Assembly (NCBI GenBank): GCA_028688375.1
Contig: JAQTYG010000004.1
Location: forward strand, 1 to 61,934
DNA length: 61,934 nt
Origin: Patescibacteria group bacterium
Lineage (GTDB): Bacteria; Patescibacteriota; Patescibacteriia; Magasanikbacterales; GWA2-37-8
Direction: 5' to 3'
The notes under the pieces were generated by a model, which had not been told where the DNA came from, ran no database searches, and saw nothing but the letters and a program-made list of their open reading frames with translations. This document shows, piece by piece, positions 58,682 through 61,934 of the stretch (the stretch's first letter is position 1; the number at the start of each line of letters is the position of its first letter). Made by a program: the position numbers and the translations under genes.

Positions 58682-61219
58682 TTACAGACTCGGTTCAATT
58701 TTATTGGCGTCAGGCATGATATTTCCCAACTGAGAACGTTCCATTATCTCCGCTTCCACGATTTCGCGCGGTCGGCCGTATTTCAGGCGGGAGAGCTCTT
58801 TAATCGCCGCCGCCAGCTCTTTATTGCCCGGTTGGGGCGGATAGATGCTCATATTAAACGGCTTGGCAGCGGTATTGTCAATAAGCAGTTTAATATAGAC
58901 GGTGTATTGCTCCACGTTCATCAAATCATAGGCGGAAAAGACCGGGGCGAACTCTTTTTGCAGGATTTCCGCGTCCTCCACGCCGATGCGGTAAGACACG
59001 ATCGTGCCGGCGTTGCCCAGGACGGCGTCGCGCACGGCGGTCTTGCCCTTGTTATCTTCCAATTGTTTTAAATATTGGTGAGCCAAGATTAATTCCAAGC
59101 GATATTTGCGGGCTTCGGAAAGAATAGTGGCGATGGAGTCGGTGATAAAATTTTGGAACTCGTCCATGTATAAATAAAAATCATGGCGTTCTTCTTCCGG
59201 GATTTGAGCCCGTTCCATGGCGGCCATTTGTATCTTGGACACGATGATCAACCCGAGCAAGTTGGCGTTGATTTCTCCGACTAAACCTTTGGACAGATTG
59301 ACGATCAGGATTTTTTTCTGGTCCATTATTTCCCGGAAGCTAAAACCGGAATGAGACTGGCCGATGATGTTGCGGACCATGGCGTTTTCCGTGAATCGTC
59401 CGACTTTGGAAATGAGATAACCGAGCATTTCCGATTTGTGAAAGTCGGAAGTTTTGGCCATTTCTTTTTCCCAAAAAGCCATCACCACCGGGTCTTTCAA
59501 TTTTTTCTTCCATGATTCCACGAAAGTGTCATCGGTGAACATGCGCGGGATTTCGGCGATAGTGCCGGGCATTTCCATGTCTGACATCAGGGTCAACATC
59601 ACATTGCGCATCTGATGCTCGAACATCGGGCCGATCATGGACGGGTCGGTCACCATTTTATAGAACATGGAAATCATTTCTTGGGTGGCGAAATCTTTTT
59701 GTTCTTCGGTCTTTACTTCCAGCATATTCAAACCGATCGGCCGGTCGGTATCGGCCGGGTTGAAATAGATAACATCTTCGGCGCGTTCTTTCGGTACGTG
59801 CTGTAAAACATATTCGGCAAAATCGCCGTGCGGGTCCACCACACAAACACCTTCGCCGTTGAGGACGTCTTGGACGGCGAGATTTTGGATAAAGACGGAT
59901 TTACCGGAACCGGATTTGCCGATAACGTACATGTGGCGCCGGCGGTCGGCTCGCTTCATTTTCACGACCACATCCTCATCGCGATAAACCGAATGTCCGA
60001 GTGTGATACCTTCAGTCGGCATATTTAAGGGCGGGGGAGCCTTGCGCGCGCCCAGCCAGTCAATGTGCGGGGTTTCTGTCTGCGCCGTCGGCATATGCCA
60101 AAAACTGGCCATCTCGGCGGTGCTGGCGACCATATAGGCGCCGGTGCGCACCGAGCGGTAGATGGATTCACTGATCAGCTTATTCGGCTTGCGCGGGATA
60201 ATCGCGCCGAAAGAATTACCGTAGCGGTAAACATTGTATTGACTGAAAGCGTTAACAATATTTTCCAAATTGAGCTTAGCTTTTTCCTGCACCGAAGCGG
60301 CGCTGACTACGCGCACGGTCAATTCCAGTCCGCCTTGGCTGATTTTTTCTTCCATATTTTTAACCATCTCTTCCTCCATTTGCGTCAGACGGTAAGGCTC
60401 GCTGGTGGAGCCGGTTTTCATCGGATCCTTTTTTTCCGGGAAAGCGGTTTTTTTCCATTTGGCTAAACCGCGCGAGAAACCGCTCTGGCGCGCCACGTAT
60501 TCAAATTTTTGGCCGGCGCGAATGTCGCGAATCATCTGCACGCCCTGTCGGCGCCATTTGGTGGCGGCCGGACGAACGATATATTGGATCAAAGCGCCTT
60601 CGTTTTCTTGCAATCGGCTTAACGGATTAAGCAGGGCGACCAGCGGGTCGCTGTCCAGGTGTTTGTAAGTTTTAAAAGGGAAGGCCGAACGGCTTTTAAA
60701 CCAAAGATAAGCGCCGACAATGTGGCTGTCCGGTTTAAAAATATTGTAATCCGGTTCTTCGGTAATTTGCGCGTGCGGATATTGCGCGTGAATTTGTTGC
60801 TCCAGGAAAGTTTTAAATTTATCCGGTACGGCCACGTAAAAAGAAATTTTTCCGTCTTTGACCGCTATTTCAAAAGCAAAATGATCGTTGCGTCCGCGCA
60901 GCCAGGCCATAAAGCCTTTTTCCGGACGGAGACCGGCGATGGTGGAGAACAGCGTTTCGGTCGTGGCGATTTGCTCACGCAGTTGGTTGATGTTTTCTTC
61001 GCCTCCGCCTTCGGACTTTTCGCCTTTTCTTTCTTTCGGCACTTTAATCAGCATGATGGTGCGATGGAACGCTTTGCCGGCCTTAGCCTTGGCTCGGAAT
61101 ATTTTTTTAGCGATATTTAAGATGATGATTAACGCCAAAATAACCGCGGCCGCGGCCGCCGCTAACATCAACCAATCGTTGTTTATCGCCGTCAGACCGG
61201 CGATGTCTTGTTCGTTCAT
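58682..61219 (-). CDS. VirD4/TraG-like (type IV coupling protein family) ATPase fused to a roughly 400-aa membrane-anchored N-terminal module
   Basis: Walker A YVIGKSGSGKS, Walker B FYLYMDEFQNF, and a TraG/TraD C-terminal-like GNAGTIVSYRIGVEDAE. N-terminal TM helix. The N-module is paralogous to 51418..52851. Confidence 0.72.
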   Translation of the reverse strand: MNEQDIAGLTAINNDWLMLAAAAAAVILALIIILNIAKKIFRAKAKAGKAFHRTIMLIKVPKERKGEKSEGGGEENINQLREQIATTETLFSTIAGLRPEKGFMAWLRGRNDHFAFEIAVKDGKISFYVAVPDKFKTFLEQQIHAQYPHAQITEEPDYNIFKPDSHIVGAYLWFKSRSAFPFKTYKHLDSDPLVALLNPLSRLQENEGALIQYIVRPAATKWRRQGVQMIRDIRAGQKFEYVARQSGFSRGLAKWKKTAFPEKKDPMKTGSTSEPYRLTQMEEEMVKNMEEKISQGGLELTVRVVSAASVQEKAKLNLENIVNAFSQYNVYRYGNSFGAIIPRKPNKLISESIYRSVRTGAYMVASTAEMASFWHMPTAQTETPHIDWLGARKAPPPLNMPTEGITLGHSVYRDEDVVVKMKRADRRRHMYVIGKSGSGKSVFIQNLAVQDVLNGEGVCVVDPHGDFAEYVLQHVPKERAEDVIYFNPADTDRPIGLNMLEVKTEEQKDFATQEMISMFYKMVTDPSMIGPMFEHQMRNVMLTLMSDMEMPGTIAEIPRMFTDDTFVESWKKKLKDPVVMAFWEKEMAKTSDFHKSEMLGYLISKVGRFTENAMVRNIIGQSHSGFSFREIMDQKKILIVNLSKGLVGEINANLLGLIIVSKIQMAAMERAQIPEEERHDFYLYMDEFQNFITDSIATILSEARKYRLELILAHQYLKQLEDNKGKTAVRDAVLGNAGTIVSYRIGVEDAEILQKEFAPVFSAYDLMNVEQYTVYIKLLIDNTAAKPFNMSIYPPQPGNKELAAAIKELSRLKYGRPREIVEAEIMERSQLGNIMPDANKIEPSL

Positions 61220-61734
61220 GGCAGTATTTTTTCTTCGTTCCGTTTTTTTAATTCAATGATTTTGTCGGTTTTTATTTTTGCCTCTTGTTCCAAAAAGAAC
61301 CGATTGATGCCGGGCAACAAAGACAACCATTCCAGAATCAGCCGAAATATTTTTTTGGCTTTAATTTTTGTTTCATTCAGCAGGTCGCGAATTTTTGTCG
61401 CCGTGATTTCGCCTTTGAGCTTAAATTCCTGGCGGGCGATGGGGGAGAGCTTTTCGTAAGAATCCTGTAGGCCGTCAGCCAATATTTTTTCCACTTTGAT
61501 AGTGATGGCATCACGCGCCGGCGCCGGTATAGCCGGCTTCTTTTTGCGTTTGGCCGGCATAATCAAACCGGGCTGTTCTTTAACCATGGCCGGCCTGGTT
61601 TCTTGCATTGCCACAGCCTCCGGCCGTTCTTTGGCAACTTCAAACTCCGGCGTTTGCGCGCCGGCGGTCTTATTTTCTAACCCACCCTCCGGCTCATTGG
61701 CCGGGGTGATTTGTTCCATTTGATTCGGATCCAT
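61216..61734 (-). CDS. Hypothetical protein translationally coupled to the VirD4-like gene
   Basis: ATGA overlap at 61216-61219. I chose the start at MDPNQMEQ.. A disordered N-terminal half is followed by a helical, hydrophobic C-terminal half. Confidence 0.45.
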   Translation of the reverse strand: MDPNQMEQITPANEPEGGLENKTAGAQTPEFEVAKERPEAVAMQETRPAMVKEQPGLIMPAKRKKKPAIPAPARDAITIKVEKILADGLQDSYEKLSPIARQEFKLKGEITATKIRDLLNETKIKAKKIFRLILEWLSLLPGINRFFLEQEAKIKTDKIIELKKRNEEKILP

Positions 61735-61854
61735 GAGGAAATGCTTTAACGTTATTATTATATCACGACCAAGGGTTTGCCAACAGCCTAAAGTTGTGGG
61801 TAAAACCTTTTTTCCCCTTGTCCCCCCGCCCCCTCTTTGGTATAGTATCCCCAT

Positions 61855-61934
61855 ATGTCCGAACACCGCCCCTCGCCCGAAGCCAGAGATGCGAACTCCT
61901 TTGACTACTGGCTGGATACCGAGGTGAAAAAGCA
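61855..61934 (+). CDS. Possible 5' end of a gene running off the window (MSEHRPSPEARDANSFDYWLDTEVKK..)
   Basis: The ATG is preceded by a TATAGT -10-like box (61841-61846). Only 26 codons are visible. Confidence 0.2.
   Translation, partial: MSEHRPSPEARDANSFDYWLDTEVKK

Noticed and set aside
61733-61927. 64-aa + strand ORF at the window end
   Set aside because: It overlaps the start region of the minus-strand gene and is Pro/Arg-rich. A different frame (ATG 61855, after a TATAGT box) looks more gene-like, but only weakly so.
1-61934. Search for DGR, retron, CRISPR-Cas, IS or prophage hallmarks
   Set aside because: I recognised no reverse transcriptase, Cas, transposase, integrase, recombinase or capsid/terminase-like ORF. 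I also saw no long template/variable repeat pair. Mobility signatures are limited to short non-coding repeats and tRNA-end duplications.

Overview
This 61.9-kb window looks like a fragment of a small-genome, fermentative, uncultivated bacterium. A CPR/Patescibacteria-like origin is my inference only. The code appears standard (TGA is used as a stop), and many genes lack a Shine-Dalgarno sequence. I support about 57 protein genes and 2 tRNAs. I found no rRNA, CRISPR array, transposase, integrase or reverse transcriptase.

Backbone genes:
- Cell division and nucleotide control: ybeY-dgkA, ftsA-ftsZ, nrdR.
- Central and one-carbon metabolism: pyk, glyA, folD.
- Secretion and replication: secA, secD-secF, dnaX.
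- tRNA modification: dus, plus a divergent Elp3 / Trm9-like pair.
- Envelope: GT4 and GT2 glycosyltransferases.
- A compact fermentation block: NuoF-like flavoprotein, membrane protein, [FeFe] hydrogenase, 2-oxoacid:ferredoxin oxidoreductase alpha/gamma and beta, and ADP-forming acetyl-CoA synthetase.

Accessory content:
- Several large secreted or surface proteins: a cysteine-rich LamG protein, two TSP3-repeat proteins, a 1235-aa beta-rich surface protein downstream of an ECF sigma / DUF5667-like pair, and a phospholipase-C-like 889-aa protein.
- A DUF559 cassette and an orphan PemK/MazF-like toxin beside an extremely AT-rich two-gene island.
- One conspicuously GC-rich membrane-protein gene.
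- A MazG/ASCH/Nudix trio.
- A VirD4/TraG-like ATPase whose roughly 400-aa N-terminal module has a stand-alone paralogue 6 kb away.

The most unusual layer is non-coding:
1. Arrays with strict 7-nt periodicity occur as inverted dyads filling stop-to-start gaps of the hydrogenase operon. One copy is conserved at a distant locus. (CAGTTCR)n arrays also sit in frame inside elp3 and dus.
2. Both tRNA genes are bracketed by partial copies of themselves, interrupted in loop positions by short GC-rich hairpins.
3. A 124-137-nt GC-rich structured repeat family shows compensatory stem changes.
4. Three identical 24-bp perfect palindromes lie between a small HTH gene and the sigma/surface-protein block.

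All family calls rest on motifs I recognise by eye. No database search was run.
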